A stretch of 62,557 nucleotides of DNA from an uncultured bacterium (GTDB taxonomy: Bacteria > Chlamydiota > Chlamydiia > Chlamydiales > SM23-39): positions 1 through 62,557 of the forward strand of contig CBDUSP010000001.1 in NCBI GenBank assembly GCA_965370365.1. The letters run 5' to 3'. The stretch's first letter is position 1; the number at the start of each line of letters is the position of its first letter. Made by a program: the position numbers and the translations under genes. The notes beneath the pieces were generated by a model. It was not told the DNA's origin and did not search any database. It saw nothing but the letters and a program-made list of their open reading frames with translations. Shown here piece by piece: positions 54,497 to 62,557 of this stretch.

Positions 54497-55238
54497 TCAG
54501 TTGAAAGGGTTTAGCCCTATATTCCGGGCGAAGATAAGTACTTCCATTTTTTAAACGAATAATAACGGCATGAAGCCTTCCTTCGCTTGCCAAAGTTACA
54601 GCCCCCGTTTTTTGCATCCAAACGCATCCTTTTGGCTTGCTAATGCAATATTCGAAGATGACCCTTCGCTTCTTATGAACTCCGGAGATGCTCCATTTTT
54701 CGATAAAATCTGCCCTTCCGGCTGCCCACCCTTCAACAAATTCGATCGCCTGCCAAAAAACATTAAACTCCTTATCGTTTAGCGATTTGATTGTTCTTTC
54801 CGGATCAAGCCCCGTCCTATCCACAACAATATCGATATAGTCTTTTTTGTGTGATTCGTAGTACAGCAGAGCCGATCGTAGCGTTTTAGGAGAGTACACA
54901 GAGCCACGTAGCATCACAGTGAGCGCTTCTCGCCCAGTTTCTTTATCAGGATAAACGGCATATTCATTTTCAGTATCCCCAGCAAAACCGATCGCTTTTC
55001 GTTTCTTACTCATACTGTAGGAACTTCTGCGGAGATTACCAGGGTTATTACATCTCCATGCACGGCTGCCACCGCTACGGATTGTCATATTTCCATCTTC
55101 ATCAAAATACTGGACTGTAAACTTACTTTCAGGATCTCCGATATTCGCAGGCCCTGTTTTGGCTCGTATAAATGCCATTTTAAAATCTCTTCTAGTTGTT
55201 TGTCTAAATAGGGTATTTGAAGAAACATTAGAATTCAT
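54489..55238 (-). CDS. hypothetical protein (N-terminal W.CNNPGNLR motif region, C-terminal DUF3892-like region)
   Basis: SRAWRCNNPGNLRRS...YAVYPDKETGREAL and a C-terminal GV.K...I.EY......W...GAV.L...G....V....G.TYLRP pattern. Its first 8 codons lie inside the island direct repeat. Confidence 0.5.
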   Translation of the reverse strand: MNSNVSSNTLFRQTTRRDFKMAFIRAKTGPANIGDPESKFTVQYFDEDGNMTIRSGGSRAWRCNNPGNLRRSSYSMSKKRKAIGFAGDTENEYAVYPDKETGREALTVMLRGSVYSPKTLRSALLYYESHKKDYIDIVVDRTGLDPERTIKSLNDKEFNVFWQAIEFVEGWAAGRADFIEKWSISGVHKKRRVIFEYCISKPKGCVWMQKTGAVTLASEGRLHAVIIRLKNGSTYLRPEYRAKPFQLIA

Positions 55239-55294
55239 CTAAAAGTCTGCAGAAATAAAAAAGCCAGGCTTCTGCCTGGCTCGTATGGAGGTGG
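55214..55294. repeat. proximal copy of the ssrA-associated direct repeat
   Basis: Aligns with 47272..47359. Contains the ssrA terminator and the ssrA 3' end. Confidence 0.7.
55257..55280 (-). terminator. rho-independent terminator of ssrA
   Basis: On the minus strand: gccaggc-agaa-gcctggc followed by TTTTTT, 5 nt after the tmRNA 3' end. Confidence 0.7.
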
Positions 55295-55651
55295 AGAGAA
55301 TCGAACTCTCGTCCTTAGCAAACTACATATGGATGACTACATGCTTATCATCTGAAAATAAGTTGGTTTTGCCGACAGATGCAACGCTTGGAACCAACTA
55401 GAAGGCCTTTATCTCGAGCATCCACCTTAGGTCTTCCAAAAAAGACGGGACTCACACCAAGATATATGACGGTGAAAATCTGGACCTCTCGGTCTGACTC
55501 CAGCTCACCGGTTAACTTAGGCGATTAAGCCGCAGCTAACTCCAAATCGTTTGATTTGTCTTTTCTATTTAATCGGTTATTTTTAGAGGCCAACGATTGT
55601 CCTCTACATGCCACCTATACTTCATTTCCAAGTCGAAACCTTGACACCCCC
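55286..55651 (-). ncRNA. ssrA: transfer-messenger RNA (tmRNA)
   Basis: The 5' end GGGGGTGTCAAGGTTTCGAC pairs with the 3' end CACCTCCA, giving a tRNA-Ala-like acceptor with G3:U70. T arm ggagagttcgattctctcc. Internal tag frame ...NRLNRKDKSNDLELAAA followed by TAA, after the conserved GGCCUCUAAAAAU context. Confidence 0.9.
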
Positions 55652-55775
55652 GCAAAAAACACGCGTCTACGTGCTCTTTGCGGGGACGTAAAGAAGCATA
55701 TCTCTCATTATAACATGTTTGTTCATTTTCCCTCAAATAACTTAACTCCCTTATAAAGAAGGAGTTACTTCACGC

Positions 55776-55804
55776 GCGACAAAATTTGTTTTCTTTCGTA
55801 TAAT
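55776..55804 (+). promoter_or_regulatory. candidate ileS promoter (GCGACA, 17-nt spacer, TATAAT)
   Basis: Hexamers read directly from the sequence. The -10 lies 27 nt upstream of the proposed ATT start and 16 nt upstream of the GAGGTGG Shine-Dalgarno. Confidence 0.4.
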
Positions 55805-55830
55805 CGATCCTTATTTTGTGAGGTGGTCCC

Positions 55831-58800
55831 ATTTTTCAGTTCGACAGTAATGAGAGTTTCCCAAAGCGCGAGGAAAAAATCCTCCGCCTTTGGCAAGAAA
55901 GAAAGATTTTTGAGCGCTCTATGGAGAAGAGTAAGGATTCTCCCCTCTTTTCCTTTTATGATGGTCCCCCTTTTGCAACAGGCCTCCCCCACTATGGGCA
56001 CCTTCTTGCAGGAACCATCAAAGACGTAATTCCAAGATACAAGACGATGAAGGGATACCATGTCCCAAGGCGCTTTGGCTGGGACTGTCATGGCCTTCCC
56101 GTCGAAAATGAGATCGAAAAAGCAAAGGAGCTTTCTGGTGCCTCAGCAATTGAGAGCTTTGGGATTGGCGCCTTTAACGAGGAGTGTCGCAGCATCGTTT
56201 TAAGATATACCTCCGAGTGGGGAAAAACGGTAAAACGCCTCGGGCGCTGGGTTGATTTTGATAAGACCTACAAGACGATGGATCCCTCCTTTATGGAAAG
56301 CGTCTGGTGGGTCTTTAAAGAGCTTTTTGACAAGGGGCTGATCTATGAAGGATTCAAGGTCATGCCCTTTTCAATGAAGCTCGGCACTCCCCTATCAAAT
56401 TTCGAAGCGAACTTAAACTACCAAGACGTCGATGATCCATCGATCACGGTGGCTTTTAAGAAGACAGACGAGCCAGATACTTTTTTCCTTGCTTGGACGA
56501 CAACCCCTTGGACCCTTCCCTCGAATCTTGCACTCATGGTCTCTCCAGATGCCGAGTATGTAAAAATCAAAGATCTCAAAACGGGCAGACAGTATATCCT
56601 CGGGAAAGCGCGGGTTTCAGCGCACTTCAAGGAAGAGTACGAAGTTGTTAAGACGTACTTAGGAAAAGACCTTGCAGGGGCAACATATGAGCCGCTCTTT
56701 CCTTTTTTTAAGGAAACAGATGCTTTTCGCATTCTTTTAGAAGAGACGGTCTCAACAGAAGATGGAACGGGAATTGTTCATGCGGCGCCTGCATTTGGCG
56801 AGCTCGACTTCTTTGTCTGCAAACGAGAAAACATCGAACCTGTTTGCCCTGTTGATTCCAATGGACGCTTTACATTTGAAGTTCCACCGTATGAGGGAGT
56901 GCTCGTAAAAGAAGCAGACAAGGAAATCATAAAAGCTCTTAAAGCAGACGGCTCTTTATTTCGTCAGGCGACCATTCGCCATCGATACCCTTTTTGTTGG
57001 CGCTCTGACACTCCGCTGATCTACAAAACCGTTCGAACATGGTTTGTAAATGTCGAAAAGATTAAGCAAGACTTGCTTGACGCCAACGAAGAAATAACCT
57101 GGATGCCAGGGCACCTTAAGAAAGGAAGATTTGGCAAGTGGCTTGAAAATGCAAGAGACTGGTCTATCAGCCGTAATCGCTACTGGGGAACGCCGATGCC
57201 CATCTGGAGAAGCGAGGAGGGGGATCTTCACGTTATCAGTAGTATAAGTGAGCTTGAAAAACTTACTGGCGAAAAAGTTACAGATCTTCATCGTCACTAC
57301 ATTGATGATCTAACGTTCGTTAAAGAAGGACGTACATATAGACGGATTCCTGAAGTGTTTGACTGTTGGTTTGAGTCAGGGTCAATGCCCTATGCCCAGA
57401 ACCACTACCCCTTTGAAGAAAAACAAGCGTTTGAAAAGAGCTTTCCTGCAGATTTCATTGCGGAAGGAATCGATCAGACACGCGGCTGGTTCTATACGCT
57501 GACTGTGCTCTCAAGCGCCCTTTTTAAAAAGCCCGCATTTAAAAATGTAATCGTCAACGGCATTATCTTGGCTGAAGATGGCAACAAAATGTCAAAGAGG
57601 CTCAAAAACTATCCTGATCCCGAGATTTTGATAAATGAGGTGGGTGCTGATGCAATTCGCCTTTATATGCTCGGCAGCCCTGCTGTCCGCGCAGAGGACC
57701 TTCGCTTTTCTAAGCGCGGTGTAGAGCACGTTTTAAGGCAGATCCTCATCCCAATGTGGAACTCGTTTGCCTTCCTCTCTACCTACGCAAAAATCTACAA
57801 GTGGGCGCCTCAAACACTTGAGACAAAACCAAAAGAGCTCATCGATAAGTGGCTACTATCGATTACGCAAAAACTAGTGCTCGATGTAGAAACGGCGATG
57901 GAAGCCTATGACTTGAATAAAGCAGTCGATCCATTTGTCCAGTTCATCGAACAGCTAACCAACTGGTACATTAGACGGTGTCGTGGCAGGTTTTGGGCAG
58001 ATGAGGACACGCAAGATCGTAGAGAGGCTTTTGGAACGCTTTATACTGTGCTTATCGAGCTATCAAAAATTGCGGCCCCCTTTATCCCCTTCTTAAGCGA
58101 GGCGATTTATCAAGAGTTAAAAACAGACAAAATGGCCGATTCGGTCCATTTAACTGAGTTTCCAACGTATAGAGAGAATTTGCGAAACAAAGAACTTGAG
58201 AAAGAAGTAAGTGGCGCACAAAGAGCTGTTAGTCTTGGCCATTCTCTTCGCAAAGAATATAAACTCAAAGTCAGACAGCCTCTTTCAAAGGCCTACCTCA
58301 TCTCTTCAAATGAAGAGCTTCTTGCGTCTTTAAAAAAGCAAGTGAAGCTCATCGCTGATGAATTGAATGTAAAAGAAGTTGAGCTTCTAAATGATGAAAC
58401 AAAATTCGTCCAATTTCTTGCAAAACCAAACTTTCCCGTTCTTGGAAAGAAAATTGGCCCTTTAATGCCTCAGGCGAAAAAAGCGATTGGGGATTTGAGT
58501 AAAGAGCAAACCCAAACGCTCTTTTCTGGAGGAAACATAACCCTGCAAATTGGCGACAGGCAAGTAGAAATCACTCCGAGCGATGTCTCAATTGAGCGCA
58601 AAGTAAAAGAAGGTGTTGCAGCAGGAAACCTTGACGACTTAACTGTTGCTTTAGATACAGCGCTTAATGACGATCTTCTTGAAGAAGGTATGGCCCGAGA
58701 AATCGTTAACAAAATCAATACAATGCGCCGGGAAAAAGACTTTCAGGTGACCGATCGGATCCACATTACAATTGAGACGACAGATAAGGTACAATCTGCA

Positions 58801-58926
58801 TTTTCAAACTATCATGATTACATCGCAGGGGAAGTTCTTGCAGTAGATGTTCAGTTTGCCTCTTGCGAGGGAGATCTCGTAGATCTCAATGGAGAAGAGA
58901 CAAAGATTTTGCTCGCCATTGTATAG
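55831..58926 (+). CDS. ileS: isoleucine--tRNA ligase (type 2, eukaryote-like)
   Basis: FYDGPPFATGLPHYGHLL (HIGH), KMSKRLKN (KMSKS). The conserved N-terminus FPKREEKILRLWQERKIFERS lies upstream of the first ATG (55921). The start is proposed at ATT 55831, 4 nt after GAGGTGG. The stop is certain; the start is inferred. Confidence 0.85.
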   Translation: MFQFDSNESFPKREEKILRLWQERKIFERSMEKSKDSPLFSFYDGPPFATGLPHYGHLLAGTIKDVIPRYKTMKGYHVPRRFGWDCHGLPVENEIEKAKELSGASAIESFGIGAFNEECRSIVLRYTSEWGKTVKRLGRWVDFDKTYKTMDPSFMESVWWVFKELFDKGLIYEGFKVMPFSMKLGTPLSNFEANLNYQDVDDPSITVAFKKTDEPDTFFLAWTTTPWTLPSNLALMVSPDAEYVKIKDLKTGRQYILGKARVSAHFKEEYEVVKTYLGKDLAGATYEPLFPFFKETDAFRILLEETVSTEDGTGIVHAAPAFGELDFFVCKRENIEPVCPVDSNGRFTFEVPPYEGVLVKEADKEIIKALKADGSLFRQATIRHRYPFCWRSDTPLIYKTVRTWFVNVEKIKQDLLDANEEITWMPGHLKKGRFGKWLENARDWSISRNRYWGTPMPIWRSEEGDLHVISSISELEKLTGEKVTDLHRHYIDDLTFVKEGRTYRRIPEVFDCWFESGSMPYAQNHYPFEEKQAFEKSFPADFIAEGIDQTRGWFYTLTVLSSALFKKPAFKNVIVNGIILAEDGNKMSKRLKNYPDPEILINEVGADAIRLYMLGSPAVRAEDLRFSKRGVEHVLRQILIPMWNSFAFLSTYAKIYKWAPQTLETKPKELIDKWLLSITQKLVLDVETAMEAYDLNKAVDPFVQFIEQLTNWYIRRCRGRFWADEDTQDRREAFGTLYTVLIELSKIAAPFIPFLSEAIYQELKTDKMADSVHLTEFPTYRENLRNKELEKEVSGAQRAVSLGHSLRKEYKLKVRQPLSKAYLISSNEELLASLKKQVKLIADELNVKEVELLNDETKFVQFLAKPNFPVLGKKIGPLMPQAKKAIGDLSKEQTQTLFSGGNITLQIGDRQVEITPSDVSIERKVKEGVAAGNLDDLTVALDTALNDDLLEEGMAREIVNKINTMRREKDFQVTDRIHITIETTDKVQSAFSNYHDYIAGEVLAVDVQFASCEGDLVDLNGEETKILLAIV

Positions 58927-58931
58927 GGGTG

Positions 58932-59807
58932 TCAGGATTCATCTACACATCGTAAATGCGTGATCATATCATGAAAAAATTGACTCGACCAGAGATCCAG
59001 TTTACGTTTATCCGCTATAAAAACAGCAATATCTGATTTAGCTAAGTCCCAATTGATCTCATCAATCCTCTTGTGCAACCGTTCGAGCAATTCTTTTTCC
59101 CCAAATTTTTCCTTAATTTGGAGATGTTTTGTTTGCCGCATCCTCTCTCTTAAATGGACCAAATTTACGGGAGTCCCTCTTTGGATATACCAGGCTAAAT
59201 CATACCAGTCTCTTCCCTTAATCCTTCTTTGCCAATTCCGACAAAGAGCGGCATGCATTTTCCCAGCGAAAAGATCAACAGGGGCGTAGGTAGATACATA
59301 AAAAGGAACAGGGTTTTTTATCAGCTTACTTTCCAGCGGTAAATGTGCTAACGGAGGGGTCGTGTCGATTTCAAGTTTGATTTGAATTTTCTGCTCAGGA
59401 TGAATTCCTTTGACCTTTGTTTTTTCATAGATGGATAACATCAAAGAGAATGTGTTTGCTTTCAAAAAAGCAGACCAAATTCCCGTGTCAGAGTTTTTTT
59501 TGCATAGAGCAACATCAAGAGCAAACCCAAAAGCCTCTAATTCACGGTGCATGCCTTCTAAAAAAGGAGTAAAATTAAAATCTGGGTCCGGCTTAAGAAG
59601 AGAGAAATCAAGATCTTCGCTATAACGGTCGAGTCCATATAGGATTCTCAACGCCGTTCCTCCATAAAAAACTGCATGTTCAAAAAATCGATGACGAGCT
59701 AACCCGAGCAGCGCCGTTTGCTGCAAAACCTCTCGCAGTTTATCGACTTGGGGCATTTTATCTGGATAATTTTCCAGCATTTGTTTAATGCTTAAATCGA
59801 GATTCAT
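58932..59807 (-). CDS. AbiEii/AbiGii-family nucleotidyltransferase toxin (type IV TA / abortive infection)
   Basis: AVFYGGTALRILYGLDRYSEDLDFSL is the DUF1814/AbiEii signature. 4-nt overlap with the upstream antitoxin gene. Confidence 0.85.
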   Translation of the reverse strand: MNLDLSIKQMLENYPDKMPQVDKLREVLQQTALLGLARHRFFEHAVFYGGTALRILYGLDRYSEDLDFSLLKPDPDFNFTPFLEGMHRELEAFGFALDVALCKKNSDTGIWSAFLKANTFSLMLSIYEKTKVKGIHPEQKIQIKLEIDTTPPLAHLPLESKLIKNPVPFYVSTYAPVDLFAGKMHAALCRNWQRRIKGRDWYDLAWYIQRGTPVNLVHLRERMRQTKHLQIKEKFGEKELLERLHKRIDEINWDLAKSDIAVFIADKRKLDLWSSQFFHDMITHLRCVDES

Positions 59808-60445
59808 ATTACACCAACTAAATCCAGTAAATAATTCACGTTTTTCGAGCGATACTGTGAGGCAATTTCTTTTAACAAAACCTTATCTAACTGATAGAAA
59901 CACTCATGACTGATTCTCTTTGACTCTAGCAATTCTTGCTTCAGTTGATCTTTGTTCAAGTTTTTACACGTTTTAAATACTAAGTCAGCCAAGGCTTTTT
60001 CCGGGCTTGCTATTAAAAAACTACCGATAGAATCGGATGCAGGCTTTTGTACAATCCCAATCGAATATCGATTGGAAGATAATCTAAAGTACGTAAAATC
60101 GCCCACAGGGGTGTGGAATTCCTTACTTCTTCCTAAAGCCATACTTGTTATCGTATGCACACGTTCTGGAATCATCCCATAAAAAGATAATGCCCACTCA
60201 AGACTCACGTACGAGGGGCCATAAAGCAAGTTTGCCACTTGCTCGTACGGAATTGTCCCTTCTGAAATTTTACTCGCGATTAAGAAAAATCCATTTTTTA
60301 GGCGAATGAGCTCTCCATTTTTTACCATGCGGGAAATCCATTCTCTGGGCTTGCGATACTCCGCAAGAAGAGTGAGAAGCGTTTGAGCATCCACATACGG
60401 AGTTTTGATTAACCTTAGTATATCCATAACGTCACCTTTTCCCAT
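59804..60445 (-). CDS. AbiEi-family antitoxin/transcriptional regulator
   Basis: N-terminal winged-helix-like region ISRMVKNGELIRLKNGFFLI. ~210 aa. Paired with AbiEii. Confidence 0.8.
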   Translation of the reverse strand: MGKGDVMDILRLIKTPYVDAQTLLTLLAEYRKPREWISRMVKNGELIRLKNGFFLIASKISEGTIPYEQVANLLYGPSYVSLEWALSFYGMIPERVHTITSMALGRSKEFHTPVGDFTYFRLSSNRYSIGIVQKPASDSIGSFLIASPEKALADLVFKTCKNLNKDQLKQELLESKRISHECFYQLDKVLLKEIASQYRSKNVNYLLDLVGVI

Positions 60446-60450
60446 ATGCT

Positions 60451-60535
60451 ACCAGAATACCCATTTTTAGTGGGTATTCTGGTTAAAAAATACATGATTT
60501 CAACCAGAATACCCACTAAAAATGGGTATTTCTGT
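60451..60535. promoter_or_regulatory. two inverted-repeat operators (four AGAATACCCA half-sites) upstream of abiEi
   Basis: IR1 accagaatacccatttttagtgggtattctggt at 60451..60483. IR2 aaccagaatacccactaaaaatgggtatttctgt at 60502..60535. Confidence 0.55.
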
Positions 60536-60569
60536 AAATTTCTGATAGAAAGAAGAGATGAAAATCGAT

Positions 60570-62531
60570 CTATAACTGAATAGGTTGCTTTTCTTTTCTC
60601 TTTCGAACAAACGTATAAGCCATGGTGAGTAAAGTGGCACTTGTCCACACAAAGAGATTGGGAAAGCCAAAATAGTCCATTGCCGGCTGCAGAGGCCGTC
60701 CCCATCTCTCTCCAAAAGGAGAAAGCAAAAAACTCACACTCCCCTTTAAATTTTCTTCCGGGACAAAGCCAAACTGGCGACTATCGGCACTCATTGCATG
60801 GTTGTCCCCAAGCATGAGATAGCTTTTCTCAGGGATAACAACCCCATATTTTCGAATGAAATCAGCAGATATTGGAGGTCCGTTGTCTTCAAAAGGAAGA
60901 TAAGGATGCGTACTGCTTGAGATCAGCTTTCTCATCGATTCACTCTTTGCAAAGTCAGCTAAAGCGGACTCTCCCTTTTGGAAAATAGGGCTTCCAAGAA
61001 GGTATAAGGCGCCATCGCGAAAATAGGCATAGCGCGATGGGTAGATTTTGCTGTTTTTTTCAGGCTTATACTGATCTAAAAACTCAATCCCTAAATTATA
61101 TAAGCTTTGAACAAAAGCGGGATCCTTTGAGTAGAGGGGATGATCGTGTGACAGCTCTTTTGTGAACCCAAAGCTAAACACTTCAAAAGCCTTCCCATTT
61201 TGGATTTCATAGGTACCATTAGGGACTCCCTCGAGAGTTGGATAATGCTTTGAATAGAAGGGGTGTTTTTCTTCAAACCCAAGACGATAGGCAGAGCCAT
61301 TTTTGACATTGAACCTAGCTGTTGTCATGTTCGATGCGATTAAATCCACGTGCTCTTTATCAAGAGGGATTACGGAGGCGCTTAGCCCTAAGTCTGGGCG
61401 AATACGTCCCATTTCATCGCGAAGCGCGCGCGCTTCTTTTAAACTGGGGTGGTGCGTGAGCTCTAAGTATAAAACGCCAGGGGTCAAGCCCTTTTCAAGA
61501 CTTGGATGCATTGCGTGGAGATCTTTTTTTGTTAAAAGCCTTGCCATTGCATAGTTTTTCATTCCCCAAAGATCGCTATAGTGCGCTAGAGGCTCTCTTC
61601 CATTTTGCCCGATCATCTCCCCACTTATAAAGCCAAAGCTGTTGGTTGAGAGTTTCGCAATGGGAAGATCCATTTGTCGAAAGGTCGAGCTTGATCCACC
61701 TCGTTGAGAAGAGGTATCCACTTTTCCATCAAAATGAATAAATGGAATGTGCTCTAAAGCTGCAGAGTCTTTGATCTCATTTCCGTCGCAGTCAACGCCA
61801 TAGATTTGTCCCCCATAAAAATAGAGAGTATCTCCCGGCTTTCCAATGAGCCTTTTTACAAAGATCTTTTTCCCTGGAAAAACCCCAAAGTAGCGGGTGT
61901 CTGAATCGGGAATGTCCATGTCACCTGTAGACCAAACAACAATACTGCCTCTTTGAACAAGAGTTGGGTCAAATGTAAAGTGAGAAGACTTTAGGGGAAT
62001 ATTTAGCCCGAAATCAGTCTTAGAAACTAAAAGAACATCACTCTCTTTTAGCGTTGGTCGCATCGATCCTGTTGGTATTGTATAAAGCTCAAACCACATG
62101 GTTCGAATGACAACAGCAAAAAGAAGGGCAACCCCGATCGAGACTACAAAATCACGAACTCTTTCAAAAGGACTTTTGGGCATAAATTGCAAAGAGAGCT
62201 TTTTAAGCTCCGCAGAAAGACGCTTTGCTTCAGAGGCATTTTTCTCTACAAGAGCCTCTTTAAGACGCATCAAAACCAAACCAACTTCTTCCCTTGCCTG
62301 AGGAGTTAGCATTTTTTCTTTCCGTCGATAAAGTCGCTCGATTTGGGCGTAGATTTTTCTTGGCTTTCTCAGAACATATAGAAGAGGAACAGTCAACAAA
62401 CCGTCCACTACAGCTGCCAGTAATTCTCCAATCATCCTCCGATTCTCCTGTACTTTAGGTGAATAGAATACTTGCAAAGACTCCTTCCAAGCAAGGAGAA
62501 TGTCTGAAACGAAAGGTTTGCTGTTTCGCAA
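60570..62531 (-). CDS. lepB: signal peptidase I (long chlamydial-type LepB)
   Basis: GSMRPTLKESDVLLV (SMxPTL catalytic Ser), VKRLIGKPGD (catalytic Lys box) and GDNHAMSADSRQFGFV (GDNxxxSxDSR). TTG start at 62531; alternative ATG 32 codons downstream. Confidence 0.9.
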   Translation of the reverse strand: MRNSKPFVSDILLAWKESLQVFYSPKVQENRRMIGELLAAVVDGLLTVPLLYVLRKPRKIYAQIERLYRRKEKMLTPQAREEVGLVLMRLKEALVEKNASEAKRLSAELKKLSLQFMPKSPFERVRDFVVSIGVALLFAVVIRTMWFELYTIPTGSMRPTLKESDVLLVSKTDFGLNIPLKSSHFTFDPTLVQRGSIVVWSTGDMDIPDSDTRYFGVFPGKKIFVKRLIGKPGDTLYFYGGQIYGVDCDGNEIKDSAALEHIPFIHFDGKVDTSSQRGGSSSTFRQMDLPIAKLSTNSFGFISGEMIGQNGREPLAHYSDLWGMKNYAMARLLTKKDLHAMHPSLEKGLTPGVLYLELTHHPSLKEARALRDEMGRIRPDLGLSASVIPLDKEHVDLIASNMTTARFNVKNGSAYRLGFEEKHPFYSKHYPTLEGVPNGTYEIQNGKAFEVFSFGFTKELSHDHPLYSKDPAFVQSLYNLGIEFLDQYKPEKNSKIYPSRYAYFRDGALYLLGSPIFQKGESALADFAKSESMRKLISSSTHPYLPFEDNGPPISADFIRKYGVVIPEKSYLMLGDNHAMSADSRQFGFVPEENLKGSVSFLLSPFGERWGRPLQPAMDYFGFPNLFVWTSATLLTMAYTFVRKRKEKQPIQL

Positions 62532-62557
62532 GCGCGCACTTACAAATTTAAAGTTTC

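Larger units (their letters stand above)
47272..55294 (-). mobile_element. decayed genomic island adjacent to ssrA, bounded by ~85-bp direct repeats
   Basis: Direct repeats at both ends, a tmRNA gene at the proximal end, and mosaic cargo (RHS tail, resistance-like cassette, primase pseudogene). No integrase is visible. Confidence 0.5.

Noticed and set aside
55765-56091. 108-aa minus-strand ORF and 68-aa plus-strand ORF (55823..56029) at the ileS 5' end.
   Set aside because: Both overlap the conserved IleRS N-terminal coding frame. The 68-aa ORF was considered only as evidence for a possible frameshift alternative to the ATT start.
27267-60535. A check for CRISPR arrays among the short direct and inverted repeats (13-bp repeats at 27267, MITE ends, AbiE operator).
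   Set aside because: No series of three or more regularly spaced identical repeats with unique spacers exists anywhere in the window, and no cas genes are present.
60415-60715. 96-aa and 71-aa minus-strand ORFs spanning the abiEi-lepB intergenic region.
   Set aside because: They run through the inverted-repeat operator and into the lepB 3' end, with no independent support.

Overview
This 62.6-kb window mixes conserved housekeeping blocks with several accessory or mobile segments. The gene content looks like an environmental member of the Chlamydiae, but this is inference only. It rests on a very long LepB, a type-2 IleRS, smpB-dnaN-recF synteny, a SET-domain protein, and Inc-like and eukaryote-like proteins.

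Core genes:
- tRNA-Val, a degenerate ThrRS-like gene, infC-rpmI-rplT-pheS and tRNA-Ser.
- terC-smpB-dnaN-recF.
- A cyclophilin, a PiT phosphate transporter, an SDR, a DAACS symporter, an LD-carboxypeptidase, a cold-shock protein, ssrA (tmRNA), ileS and lepB.

Accessory content:
1. A ~16.5-kb island (9.7-26.2 kb) carries a 16-gene, translationally coupled minus-strand operon. It encodes a complete GDP-heptose route, unusual tailoring enzymes, a single GT4 and an MsbA-like exporter. It is bounded by ~131-bp direct repeats that duplicate the 5' end of the SET-domain gene, and it ends next to a decayed transposase.
2. An ~8-kb decayed island lies next to ssrA. It holds orphan RHS toxin/immunity cassettes, a MerR(TipA)-VOC-EVE-MarR-APH cassette and a frameshifted primase.
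3. RelBE and AbiE toxin-antitoxin loci each have repeat operators.
4. A family of ~170-bp TTAA-bounded palindromic MITE-like elements is present.

Oddities in core genes:
- An in-frame TAA sits inside the conserved C-terminal strand of infC.
- ileS probably starts at ATT.
- A shrunken ThrRS pseudo-enzyme occupies the ancestral thrS position.
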